Below are positions 19,835 through 28,396 of a stretch of 64,000 bases of DNA, in pieces. The DNA comes from Dehalococcoidia bacterium (GTDB lineage Bacteria; Chloroflexota; Dehalococcoidia; Plut-88900): contig CBDFLQ010000006.1 in assembly GCA_965249275.1 (NCBI GenBank), positions 576,001 through 640,000 on the forward strand, written 5' to 3'. Made by a program: the position numbers and the translations under genes. The notes beneath the pieces are model-generated. The model was not told the origin of the DNA. It did not search any database and saw only the letters and a program-made list of their open reading frames with translations. How positions within the stretch are numbered: the stretch's first letter is position 1; the number at the start of each line of letters is the position of its first letter.

Positions 19835-20839
19835 TTACGAAGAAGCCAAAAGTTCTTTGCATTTTTCGTGGAACGCCGGCATGACCTGTTTGAAATCGCC
19901 AACTGCCCCGTACCTGGAATCCTTGAAGACGTTGGCATCCGCGTCCTTGTTGACTGCGACGATGACCTTGGAGCCGAGGCAACCAGACATGTGCTGGCTT
20001 GCTCCCGACAGGGCGACGGCGATGTACAGGTCGGGGCTGACTACCCGGCCGGTTATGCCTATCTGCACGGAGGGGGATATGTATCCGGAGTCGCAGGCGG
20101 CCCTGGTTGCACCTATCAGCCCGCCGAGGGTCTTGGCAACTTCGGCCAACTCTTGGAACGCCTCGGCGCTGCCGACGCCCCGGCCCCCGGAGATGATAGC
20201 CGGGGCTTCTTCCAGTTTCATGCCCGCAGCCTCCGCCTTGACCCGGTCAACGACCTTGGTCTTTGCCACAGATGCGTCCAAGGAAGGCTGCCAGTCAACT
20301 ATCTCACCGGACAGGGAATCGTCGTGCTCCGAGGGTTGAAGCGTCTTGGGTCGGACCGTGGCCATCTGCGGACTGGATCCCTCAACTACTACCTGAGCCT
20401 GGGCGTTGCCGCCATACACAGGTCGAGTCTGGATCATCAGATTGGATTCGGGGTCAATGTTTAGGTCGGTGCAGTCGGTGCCGATGCCCGTGTCGAGACG
20501 GAATGCGAGCCTGGGCCCGAGGTCTCGGCCAATCTCCGAGTGCGCCATGAGCACTATTGACGGCGAAGTCTCACCGATCAGGGCGGCAAGAGCTGCGGTG
20601 TATAAATCAGAATCATAGGTGCCCAGTACGCCGCCCTCGGCGCAGTAGACCTTGCCTGCCCCATGAGCGACCATCTCTTCGGCTGCGGCCTTGGCCCCTG
20701 CGCCTGCCACCACCCCTACCACGCTTTCGCCCAAGGTCCCGGCCATCTCAGAGGCCTTGCCCAGAATCTCCTTGGAAGTTCCGCTCAATCCGTCATCGGC
20801 GACTTCGCCAAAAACCAGGATTCCACTGTTCTCCACCAT
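19835..20839 (-). CDS. etfA: Electron transfer flavoprotein alpha subunit
   Basis: RPVYGGN, ISGGRGVG, GATRAACD.G, QIGITG, LSGASQH, VNKD..A.VF. Confidence 0.95.
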   Translation of the reverse strand: MVENSGILVFGEVADDGLSGTSKEILGKASEMAGTLGESVVGVVAGAGAKAAAEEMVAHGAGKVYCAEGGVLGTYDSDLYTAALAALIGETSPSIVLMAHSEIGRDLGPRLAFRLDTGIGTDCTDLNIDPESNLMIQTRPVYGGNAQAQVVVEGSSPQMATVRPKTLQPSEHDDSLSGEIVDWQPSLDASVAKTKVVDRVKAEAAGMKLEEAPAIISGGRGVGSAEAFQELAEVAKTLGGLIGATRAACDSGYISPSVQIGITGRVVSPDLYIAVALSGASQHMSGCLGSKVIVAVNKDADANVFKDSRYGAVGDFKQVMPAFHEKCKELLASS

Positions 20840-20875
20840 TGTTAAGACCCTCCTGATACGTACGGGCTGAGTCGG

Positions 20876-21676
20876 TTAGATGATTTTGTCTTCTCGTAGC
20901 TTGAGAGCGAGGTTTGCGCCGATCTCGGCAGGACTGTCGCCCGGAATGAACTCGCACTGGGAGACCTTTTCGGGCTGGAAGAGTTTCATAATCTTCACCT
21001 TGGAGCCCGAGAGCCCGACGCCCGAGGCGTCTAGCCCCAGGTCCTCGGCAGACCAGACGGTGGGCTTCTTGCGTCCCGCTGCCATTATGCCGCGAAGGGT
21101 CGGGTAGCGGGGTTCGCCCAGCTCGTTACTGACGGTGACGACCACCGGAGGCGCGGCCTCAACGACTTCATAACCGTCGGCAACAACCTTCTCCACCCTG
21201 ACGACTCCGTCGTTCATTTTTACGTCTCGTGCTATGGGAATGATGGGAATGCCAAGCATCTCGGCGATGCCGGCCCCGACCAGACCCGTGTCGAAGTCCG
21301 AAGACTGTCGGCCACAGATGATCATGTCGAAATCGGCAATCTTGCGAATTGCCGCCGTCAGAACTCGGGCGGTGGCGTAGTCATCTGAATCTTCGAAAGC
21401 GTCGTCTTGAAGGAGGACGAGCTCGTCGGCGCCCATGGACAGAGGCTTCTTTATGACATCGGAGACTAGGTTAGTGCCCATGGACAGGACGGTGATCTTG
21501 ACGTCTCCGGCCTCTTTCAGCCGAAGCGCGGCCTCGACGGCCTGCTCGTCATACCCGTTGATAACGGGGGGGATGCCGGGGGCGGGGACGAGTTTGTTGG
21601 TGGCCGGGTCAATTCTGAAGCTGGCCATTGGCATCTGGGGATCGGGCACCTGCTTGACGCAGACGATGATATTCAT
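20876..21676 (-). CDS. etfB: Electron transfer flavoprotein beta subunit
   Basis: MNIIVCVKQVPD, MGAD, CGRQSSD.DTG, GEPRYPTLRGIMAA. Confidence 0.95.
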   Translation of the reverse strand: MNIIVCVKQVPDPQMPMASFRIDPATNKLVPAPGIPPVINGYDEQAVEAALRLKEAGDVKITVLSMGTNLVSDVIKKPLSMGADELVLLQDDAFEDSDDYATARVLTAAIRKIADFDMIICGRQSSDFDTGLVGAGIAEMLGIPIIPIARDVKMNDGVVRVEKVVADGYEVVEAAPPVVVTVSNELGEPRYPTLRGIMAAGRKKPTVWSAEDLGLDASGVGLSGSKVKIMKLFQPEKVSQCEFIPGDSPAEIGANLALKLREDKII

Positions 21677-21750
21677 TGAGGTTTTCCTCCGCGCCCTGAT
21701 AGGGGCAGAACGAGGCTCGGAAAGGTCCGTCTAAAGTGGCTGCGGAAAGT

Positions 21751-21797
21751 GTGTGATAACGCTCACAATTGTAGCACCAGCCCCATTTTTGTGTCAA
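21751..21797 (-). promoter_or_regulatory. etfBA promoter with a Rex-like operator over the start site
   Basis: Minus strand TTGACA (21797-21792), 18 nt spacer, TGC-TACAAT (21773-21768). Palindrome GTGTGATAACGCTCACAA at 21751-21768. Confidence 0.72.
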
Positions 21798-21866
21798 TAG
21801 AAATGGAAGGCCGAAGGCGGCCGCAGCGTGCCTTCAGACCAATCCATTCAGGCCGAGCCGTAGCCG

Positions 21867-22025
21867 CTAGTCAGCCTCTTTGAGCTGGATGTTGTTGCCC
21901 TGTGCGGTAACCCTCACGTTGACGTTGGTGACGTTGTGAATAGTGAAGGGAATTCCCGGCATGAAGGGCAAGGGTTTCAGCGCAATCTGCGCGCTGGAAT
22001 TGGGAGGGACTATTATCTGGGGCAT
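21867..22025 (-). CDS. Unannotated 52-aa small protein
   Basis: MPQIIVPPNSSAQIALKPLPFMPGIPFTIHNVTNVNVRVTAQGNNIQLKEAD*. AGGAGG RBS; promoter TTGACG(22119-22114)-18-CACAAT(22095-22090). Below the ORF-track length cutoff. Confidence 0.7.
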   Translation of the reverse strand: MPQIIVPPNSSAQIALKPLPFMPGIPFTIHNVTNVNVRVTAQGNNIQLKEAD

Positions 22026-22240
22026 CGAGACCTCCTGTCTCAACATAGCTCCGTGCCGTTTGCCGGTGCGGAGTGGAATTACGGCGGTAATTGTGCCTAT
22101 CCGGTCGGTTGGCCGTCAAGTGCGCTTTGGAGGAATCTCCCCGGCAAATGCGGGTCCAGGCCCGTGCTATAATCCGGCCTCACAGTCCCGGATTCCCACC
22201 CCTCCACGCCCTACATGCATTCCATGAAAGTACACATGCC

Positions 22241-23278
22241 ATGAAAGCCACTTACATCGAACAACAAGGCGCTCCTGAAGTTCTCACCTACGGTGACCTG
22301 CCCGATCCCTCGCCATCGGCCGGTGAGGCGGTAATTCGAGTGCGGGCCACGGCCCTGAACCACCTGGACACTTTCGCAAGAGCCGGGAGGAACGGCGTCA
22401 TCATCGACAAGTTTCCTCACGTGCTGGGTTGCGACCTTGCAGGAGAGGTGGCGGATCTCGGGGCAGGGGTGGAGGGGCTGAGAGTCGGGGACCGGGTCAT
22501 GGTCGACTACTCGCTGCCGTGCGGGAAGTGCAGCTACTGCGTTGCAGGCCAGGACCAACTCTGCGCGACCGGCAGGAGTATCGGCATATCGGTCAACGGC
22601 GGATATGCCCAATACGTGGCCGTCCCTGCAGCTAATGCCCACGTACTCCCGGACGGCATGGACTTCGAGGAGGCAGCGGCGATCCCGCTAGTCTACAAGA
22701 CGGCTTGGCACTGCCTGATTACCCGGTGTGGGATGCAAGCCGGGGAAGACGTGCTAGTGATGGCGGCGGGCAGCGGAGTCGGGAGTGCGGCGATACGGGT
22801 GGCGAAGATGGTCGGGGCGCGGGTTATCACGACGGCCAGCACGGAAGAAAAGTTGGCCAAGGCCCGAGCCCTGGGCGCCGACGAAACGATCAACTACGTC
22901 GAAAACCCCGCCTACAGCGCAACCGTCAGGGAGATGACGGGAGGCAAGGGTGTCGACCTGGTCTTCGACAGCATCGGGGGCTCGGTGTGGGACGAGAACT
23001 TCAAGTCGCTCAGGCCGGGGGGCAGGTTGGTCAACTGCGGTGTTACGGGCGGGCACCGGGCGTCACTGCGGATAGGCCGATTGTTCACCGAACAGGTGAC
23101 GCTGATGGGCGCCTCGACGGGGAACCGGGCCGACTTCTTGAAGGTCGCTAACCTCGTGCGCCAGGGCGCTATCAGGGGCATCGTGAGCCGGACGTTCCCG
23201 CTGAAGGACGCCGCCGAGGCGCACCGGGCGATGGAGGGTCGGGACGTGTTCGGGAAGCTGGTGCTGGTGGTGCCTTAG
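22241..23278 (+). CDS. Zinc-binding dehydrogenase / quinone oxidoreductase (MDR family)
   Basis: MKA....G.PEVL, ALNHLD, CGKCSYC..G...LC structural Zn site, AAGSGVG, FGKLVL. Confidence 0.93.
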   Translation: MKATYIEQQGAPEVLTYGDLPDPSPSAGEAVIRVRATALNHLDTFARAGRNGVIIDKFPHVLGCDLAGEVADLGAGVEGLRVGDRVMVDYSLPCGKCSYCVAGQDQLCATGRSIGISVNGGYAQYVAVPAANAHVLPDGMDFEEAAAIPLVYKTAWHCLITRCGMQAGEDVLVMAAGSGVGSAAIRVAKMVGARVITTASTEEKLAKARALGADETINYVENPAYSATVREMTGGKGVDLVFDSIGGSVWDENFKSLRPGGRLVNCGVTGGHRASLRIGRLFTEQVTLMGASTGNRADFLKVANLVRQGAIRGIVSRTFPLKDAAEAHRAMEGRDVFGKLVLVVP

Positions 23279-23336
23279 AGCCGGTCCTCGGACTCCAGCC
23301 GGTAGTCCCGCCCTTCTTCGGTGGCGGACATGGGGC
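23275..23336 (-). repeat. Diverged duplicate of the 3' end of the homocysteine methyltransferase gene (second copy 24078-24139)
   Basis: 62-bp direct repeat, 52/62 identical; translates PMSATEEGRDYRLESEDRL* versus PMSATEEWRDYRLESGERL*. Confidence 0.88.
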
Positions 23337-23384
23337 CGTGTTGTCGAAGGTAGCCCTTTATGTGCGAGGAGGAACTCCCCTCCA

Positions 23385-23984
23385 TTAGTTAAAGGGCCAG
23401 CCGTAACGTTTTGTTAGCTGTTGGTGAGTTTGTCTCAAACTCCAATTCATGTCTTGCCTACTCGTGCTTCCACCTTCTTCTGAACCCAGGCTTATTGTTA
23501 AATCGCTAGCTACGAAGGCATCATCAATGAATCCAATGTCCCAGCCGATACTGCTCGCCATTAGATCAGCTGGGGTATCGTCTTTCCGAGGATCCGCGAA
23601 TGCGGAATGGGCTCCGAACTTGTTGCGCCATGTCCGTACCTCTGGCATTACCGCAACCATGTATTCCCAAGCTCTCTTAGTGTCCTCACCGTTGGTTAGC
23701 CAACCAATGATCCTTACGTAGTCACAGGCTGTCACCGAGTACCATCTAAAGGCACACGAGATAAGATTGAATGGTATGTCCTTTAGCTTGGGGTTATTGC
23801 CATATGACACGACGAATTGATTCTTAGTGTCAAGTCTTTCATTTACCTCGTCTTCTACTTTTCTGACCTGGCGATATAGATAGTCAAGGCCTGTAGCTAG
23901 TGTATGCAAGAGTTGGAGTTGATTGTGATATTTTTCAACATTCTTCTCTGACAGTTCGAGTCGATCGATATGGTCCAATATCAC
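23385..23984 (-). CDS. AT-rich hypothetical protein (probable horizontal acquisition)
   Basis: 199-aa ORF, visibly lower GC than its neighbours, flanked by the 62-bp repeat. Contains RNKFGAH (R-x-x-x-x-H). Confidence 0.75.
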   Translation of the reverse strand: MILDHIDRLELSEKNVEKYHNQLQLLHTLATGLDYLYRQVRKVEDEVNERLDTKNQFVVSYGNNPKLKDIPFNLISCAFRWYSVTACDYVRIIGWLTNGEDTKRAWEYMVAVMPEVRTWRNKFGAHSAFADPRKDDTPADLMASSIGWDIGFIDDAFVASDLTISLGSEEGGSTSRQDMNWSLRQTHQQLTKRYGWPFN

Positions 23985-24077
23985 AAGTTACCCCGTACAG
24001 CGGTTCCCTTTGACTCGAGCTTTGATGTCCTTCCAAGGTTTTCGAACCCCGTGCGATGCCGCAGGGTTGCTAACCTC

Positions 24078-25076
24078 CTAAAGCCGCTCCCCGGACTCCA
24101 GCCGGTAATCCCTCCACTCCTCTGTGGCGGACATGGGGCTGGCGTAGTCGGCGGACCAGACTTTTCTTTCCTGAACAGGCTTGCCCAGGACCCGAGCCAT
24201 CTCCCTGATGTGCACGGCCACCGAGCCGCAGCACCCGCCGATGTAGTTGATGCCCATGTCCTTGGCGCGCTGGGCATAGTCGGCCATGACGAAGCGGTTG
24301 ACCTGGTAGGGCTCCATGCCGTCGGGGAAGCCGGGGAGGCCGCCGCAGAAGGGTACCTCGTCGGTGGTGGCGTAGGCCGTGGCCTGGATGGCAACGTAGC
24401 CGTCGATGGCATCCCGCATCTCCTTGACGAGAGGCAGCATCTGGTTGGGCCCGCGCCCGCAGTTTATTCCGACGATATCGCAGCCGTTCTGGCTGAGGGC
24501 AATGGCGCACTCGGCGGGGTCCTTGCCCTCTCGGCTGTACCTGTCCTTGAAATACGACATGGTCATCATCACGGGCAGGCCCGTGGCCTTGGCGACGTCG
24601 AGGGCGATGAGGGTTTCTTCGAGATCGAAGAAGAGCTCGCCGATGATGAAATCGACACCCTCGTCGACCTGTACACGCAGCTGCTCTTCGAACTGGCGTC
24701 GGGCGATTTGTCGTGAGTCGGCGTCACCCTGCTTGAATGACCATGTCGTGCTGAGGTTGCCGGCGACCAGAACGTCGTCACCCGCTACTTCACGGGCGAT
24801 TTTCACGGCCTGTCTGTTGAGGTCCAGCACCTTCTCGCCGTAGCCGACGTTGGCCAGCTTTTCGCGGCTGGCGTAGAAGGCAAAGGCCTGTATGACCTCG
24901 CTGCCGGAGCGGATGAACTCCCTGTGCATCTGCTTAACGGCCTCGGGGTGATCGAGGACCACCTCCGGGGTGAAGGGACCAGCGATGACGTAGCCCCGCT
25001 TTTCGAGCTCAAGGACGTAACCGCCGTCGCCGAGAACCACACCTTCGGCAAGCCGCTCAAGTATTCCCTTCTTCAT
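24078..25076 (-). CDS. Homocysteine S-methyltransferase, BHMT-like
   Basis: KKGILERL..G.VLGDGG...LEKRGYV.AGP.TPE...HPEAV N-terminus; Zn ligands GINC and YIGGCCG. Confidence 0.93.
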   Translation of the reverse strand: MKKGILERLAEGVVLGDGGYVLELEKRGYVIAGPFTPEVVLDHPEAVKQMHREFIRSGSEVIQAFAFYASREKLANVGYGEKVLDLNRQAVKIAREVAGDDVLVAGNLSTTWSFKQGDADSRQIARRQFEEQLRVQVDEGVDFIIGELFFDLEETLIALDVAKATGLPVMMTMSYFKDRYSREGKDPAECAIALSQNGCDIVGINCGRGPNQMLPLVKEMRDAIDGYVAIQATAYATTDEVPFCGGLPGFPDGMEPYQVNRFVMADYAQRAKDMGINYIGGCCGSVAVHIREMARVLGKPVQERKVWSADYASPMSATEEWRDYRLESGERL

Positions 25077-25095
25077 GGCGATCTCCTTATTCGTA

Positions 25096-25554
25096 TTAGG
25101 TGCCGAGGTTCCGCTCGTATTCCCAGGGCTGGTGGTCGTCGTCCTCGTGGGCGAAGTCCCAGCGCATGATGCGGGTGGGCTTGAACTTCATGACGAGCCG
25201 GTTGTCGCGGGAGTTGGAGTAGTTGGCGTACTTGTCACCCTCGACAGCGCCGTCATACTTGAGGGCGAGACGGCGGAAGAGCTCGGGGCCTCCCTCGGGA
25301 GTGACTTCCGCAATGCCTTCCAAGACGACTTCTTTGTAGGGGTGTTCATTGGCAGTGACCGCAAGGGAGACCCTAGGGTCGCGCATTACATTCTTGTACT
25401 TGACGCGGGTGTCGGTGACGGTGAGAAGGACTTCGCCGTCCGCCCACTCGTACCAGACGACGGTCAGGTGTGGGGAGCCGTCCTTGCGCAGGGTGGCAAG
25501 GATACCCAGGTTAGGTTTCTCCAGGAACTCTTCCAAGCGTTCGCTCAATACCAT
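25096..25554 (-). CDS. PPOX-class probable F420-dependent oxidoreductase
   Basis: LATLRKDGSPHLTVVWY, K.KNV.RDPRVSL, LEG.AE. ATG at 25554 with RBS and promoter TTGACG(25622-25617)-17-TACACT. Confidence 0.9.
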   Translation of the reverse strand: MVLSERLEEFLEKPNLGILATLRKDGSPHLTVVWYEWADGEVLLTVTDTRVKYKNVMRDPRVSLAVTANEHPYKEVVLEGIAEVTPEGGPELFRRLALKYDGAVEGDKYANYSNSRDNRLVMKFKPTRIMRWDFAHEDDDHQPWEYERNLGT

Positions 25555-25759
25555 TGGTCCACCTCTCTCTGTCACATTTACGAATAGGAGAAAAGTGTAG
25601 GGGACGGGTTGTGGGGCGTCAACGGGAGTCGGGAAATGTGAGAATGGAGTGCGTTTGGTTGAAATCGGGTTTTCAGGGAATTGGCGGTCTACTTTAGACC
25701 GGCGTCTACGCTGCAACCCGATGGATCACAACTCCCTTACTCAGTAATAGCGCACTGCC

Positions 25760-26203
25760 CTACATCACTCCAGGACGCAGCGGGTGCTGACATCGAAGTC
25801 CTGGGAATCGACTAAAGTCAGAATCGGTCGACACCAGGGTGCAGCCATGCTCTATTGCAACCGCCGCATGCTGGGCGTCGGCGACCAGTTTCCCAGTTGC
25901 TCCCGACTCTCGGCACAGTCTCTCGAATATCTCCATGTGATCGGGGCCGGGACCGACGATGCGCGCCGTCGGGCGTTCCATCAGCGAGGAAACGAATGCA
26001 AAAGACTGGCCCAGGGTGGATGGCGGGTCGAAGATTCGAGGATTGGTTGCTATGCGAACGAAGCCAGACAGTACAAGGACCGAGAGAGCGAACGGCTCCG
26101 GCCCAGTCGCCAAGCGAGTGATCCAGGCCGCATATTCGGCGTGCTCAACGGTGGAATCCTCAATGTGAGCATATATCAGCACATTGACATCGGGGAGCAG
26201 CAT
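25760..26203 (-). CDS. vapC: VapC PIN-domain toxin
   Basis: LPDVNVLIYA, FVRIATNPR, DA.HAA.AIEHG..L.STDSDFSRFPGL. Confidence 0.93.
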   Translation of the reverse strand: MLLPDVNVLIYAHIEDSTVEHAEYAAWITRLATGPEPFALSVLVLSGFVRIATNPRIFDPPSTLGQSFAFVSSLMERPTARIVGPGPDHMEIFERLCRESGATGKLVADAQHAAVAIEHGCTLVSTDSDFSRFPGLRCQHPLRPGVM

Positions 26204-26209
26204 CTCGAA

Positions 26210-26461
26210 TTACCGGCTCCCAAACCGGGCCTCGTCATCCCGCGCATCAAGCGCCCTGGGCCGGTCGAGGTCAACTCCGGGGCGGACATGAACGCCACGC
26301 ACAGTCACCAGCCGGAATGGCGGCGGCTGTGATGGCTCGCCACGCTTCAGTACGTCGTCCAGCATCTTGGCGATAAAAGCGCTGACGCTTATGCCTCTAG
26401 CTTCCGCTGCGCGACGCACCTGTTTCGCAAGCTGGTCGTCTAGCGAAATTGTCGTTCTCAT
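26210..26461 (-). CDS. vapB: VapB ribbon-helix-helix antitoxin
   Basis: MRTTISLDDQL....RR.A...G.S.S..I, and PGVDLD; directly upstream of vapC. Confidence 0.9.
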   Translation of the reverse strand: MRTTISLDDQLAKQVRRAAEARGISVSAFIAKMLDDVLKRGEPSQPPPFRLVTVRGVHVRPGVDLDRPRALDARDDEARFGSR

Positions 26462-26498
26462 GATGCAGTAGCATAACAGAACTGCATCTCTGCATCAA
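26461..26498 (-). promoter_or_regulatory. vapBC promoter (near-leaderless) with inverted-repeat operator
   Basis: Minus strand TTGATG-17-TATGCT ending 8 nt before the ATG. TGATGCAG (26461-26468) is inverted relative to CTGCATC (26482-26488) and CTGCATCA (26490-26497). Confidence 0.65.
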
Positions 26499-26693
26499 AA
26501 CCGTAAGAGTCTCTGTCAAGACCCCTCAGATGCCGGCCTGCCTCCTATGATAATCGAGGGAGCCGGATACCAAGACCGCGAAATTGTTGGGCGAACATCT
26601 GTCTGAGTGATTTCAAGATTGCCAGCCCATTGCGCCCCGTGGCCCTGTGTTAACATTCTCCCGACACGCCAGCCCCGCCTCCGAGGAGCTCAC

Positions 26694-28364
26694 ATGGCAA
26701 AGATGACAGGCATAGACGCGTTGATGGCCGTGCTCGATTCTTATGACGTTGAGTACGTGTTCGGCAATCCCGGCTCCACGGAGGTCGTCTTCATGGACGC
26801 CCTCTATCAGCACCCGCGCATCAAGTACATGCTGGCCCTCCACGAAACGGTGGCGATGGGAATGGCAGGCGGCTATTCGTGGGCGTCGGGGAAGACGGGG
26901 TTCGTGAACGTGCACACTGCGCCGGGCGTGGCAAATGCCATTAGCGCCCTGTACAACGCCAACGTCGCCGACTTCAACATAGTTTTGACCGCAGGCCAGC
27001 AGGACACCCGGCTCATCCAGCGGGAGCCTGGCCTTACCGGTGACCTGGTCGGCATGACCAAGCCCTTCACCAAGTGGAGCGCAGAGGTGCAGCACCCGCA
27101 GGACGTACCGCTAATGATGCACCGGGCCTTCAAGATGTCGGGGCAAACGCCCCAGGGCCCGACCTTTCTGTCTCTCCCGCAGGACGTGCTAAGCCGGGAA
27201 GCCGACATAGAGGTCGGGCGACCATCGTGGATACCCTCGGGCCTGCGCCCTGACCCCAAGGCGATTGACAGGGCGGCGACGCTGCTGGCCGGGGCCAAGA
27301 GCCCGGTGCTGTTCCTCGGGTTTCGGGTCTCGCGGTGCGGGGCGCTGGGGGAGGCGGTAGAGTTGGCCGAGCTGATCGGGGCGCGGGTGACGGAGAACCG
27401 CATCAGGGCCGAGACCGCGTTTCCCTCCGACCATCCCCTCTTCGAGGGCGGCATGTGGACCGACGTGCCCAATGCCCCGGACGTACTGAAGGATGCCGAC
27501 GTGGTCATGGCCATCGGCGCGAACTTCATCTCGCAGCTCTTCTACACCTCCGACCAGATCGTGAACCCCGCCTCCAAAGTCATACACCTGGACACCGACC
27601 CTTGGGAGATAGGAAAGAACCAACCGACTGATATCGGGATACTGGCAGACATCAAGGCCGCGCTAAGGGAACTCTTAACTGCGGTATCAGAGAAGATGAC
27701 GGGGGACGACCGGGCCGGGGCCCGGGAGCGTGTCTCCAGCATCTCCGACGCCAACCGCAGAAGGAGAGAAGTCATCTGGGAGCGGGCCCAAAGCGGTGGT
27801 AACGCCCAGCCGATGCGTGACTCAAGCCTCATGCTGGGACTGAAGGAAGCCATCCCTCCCGACACGGTCATCGTGGATGGGGGGATCACGTCGTCGATGG
27901 CTCTGAGAGACCTGCTGGACTTCGGGGATGCAGAGTCATACCTGGCAGTAAGAGACAACGACGGCAGTCTCGGGGATGCCTTGCCGATGGCTATGGGCGT
28001 CAAACTAGCTCTGCCCGACAGGCCAGTGGTGGGCGTGGTGGGTGATGGGAACGCCATGTACTCGATACAAGGGTTGTGGACTGCGGCCCATCACCAGATA
28101 CCCGTGGTCTGGGTTATATGTAACAACGCCACGTACCGCATCCTGAAGCTGAACAGTATGCGAGTCCTCGGCCCCGAGGCCCGGGAGAAGCTCCACTCCG
28201 TCGACCTGGGCGGACCGCCATTGAACTTCGCCAAGATCGCCGAGAGCCTGGGGATAGACGGCGTGCAGGTCACCCGGGGAGATGAAGTGCGCCCGGCAAT
28301 TGAGAGGGCGTTGGCCCTCGGGAAGCCGGCGTTGGTGGACGCGGTAATCGACGGCTCTTTCTAA
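26694..28364 (+). CDS. Thiamine-pyrophosphate enzyme, benzoylformate decarboxylase-like
   Basis: YVFGNPGSTE, LHE..A.GMA.GY, NVHTAPG, GDGNAMY...NN TPP motif. ATG at 26694 follows GAGGAG. Confidence 0.9.
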   Translation: MAKMTGIDALMAVLDSYDVEYVFGNPGSTEVVFMDALYQHPRIKYMLALHETVAMGMAGGYSWASGKTGFVNVHTAPGVANAISALYNANVADFNIVLTAGQQDTRLIQREPGLTGDLVGMTKPFTKWSAEVQHPQDVPLMMHRAFKMSGQTPQGPTFLSLPQDVLSREADIEVGRPSWIPSGLRPDPKAIDRAATLLAGAKSPVLFLGFRVSRCGALGEAVELAELIGARVTENRIRAETAFPSDHPLFEGGMWTDVPNAPDVLKDADVVMAIGANFISQLFYTSDQIVNPASKVIHLDTDPWEIGKNQPTDIGILADIKAALRELLTAVSEKMTGDDRAGARERVSSISDANRRRREVIWERAQSGGNAQPMRDSSLMLGLKEAIPPDTVIVDGGITSSMALRDLLDFGDAESYLAVRDNDGSLGDALPMAMGVKLALPDRPVVGVVGDGNAMYSIQGLWTAAHHQIPVVWVICNNATYRILKLNSMRVLGPEAREKLHSVDLGGPPLNFAKIAESLGIDGVQVTRGDEVRPAIERALALGKPALVDAVIDGSF

Positions 28365-28396
28365 GAAATCAATTAACTAATTTGGAGGCAGGCCCG

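Noticed and set aside
21871-22227. ORF-track entries 21871..22119, 21936..22172 and 21943..22227
   Set aside because: No RBS and implausible composition. The 52-aa frame 21867..22025 has better signals, and the TTG at 22119 is part of a -35 box.
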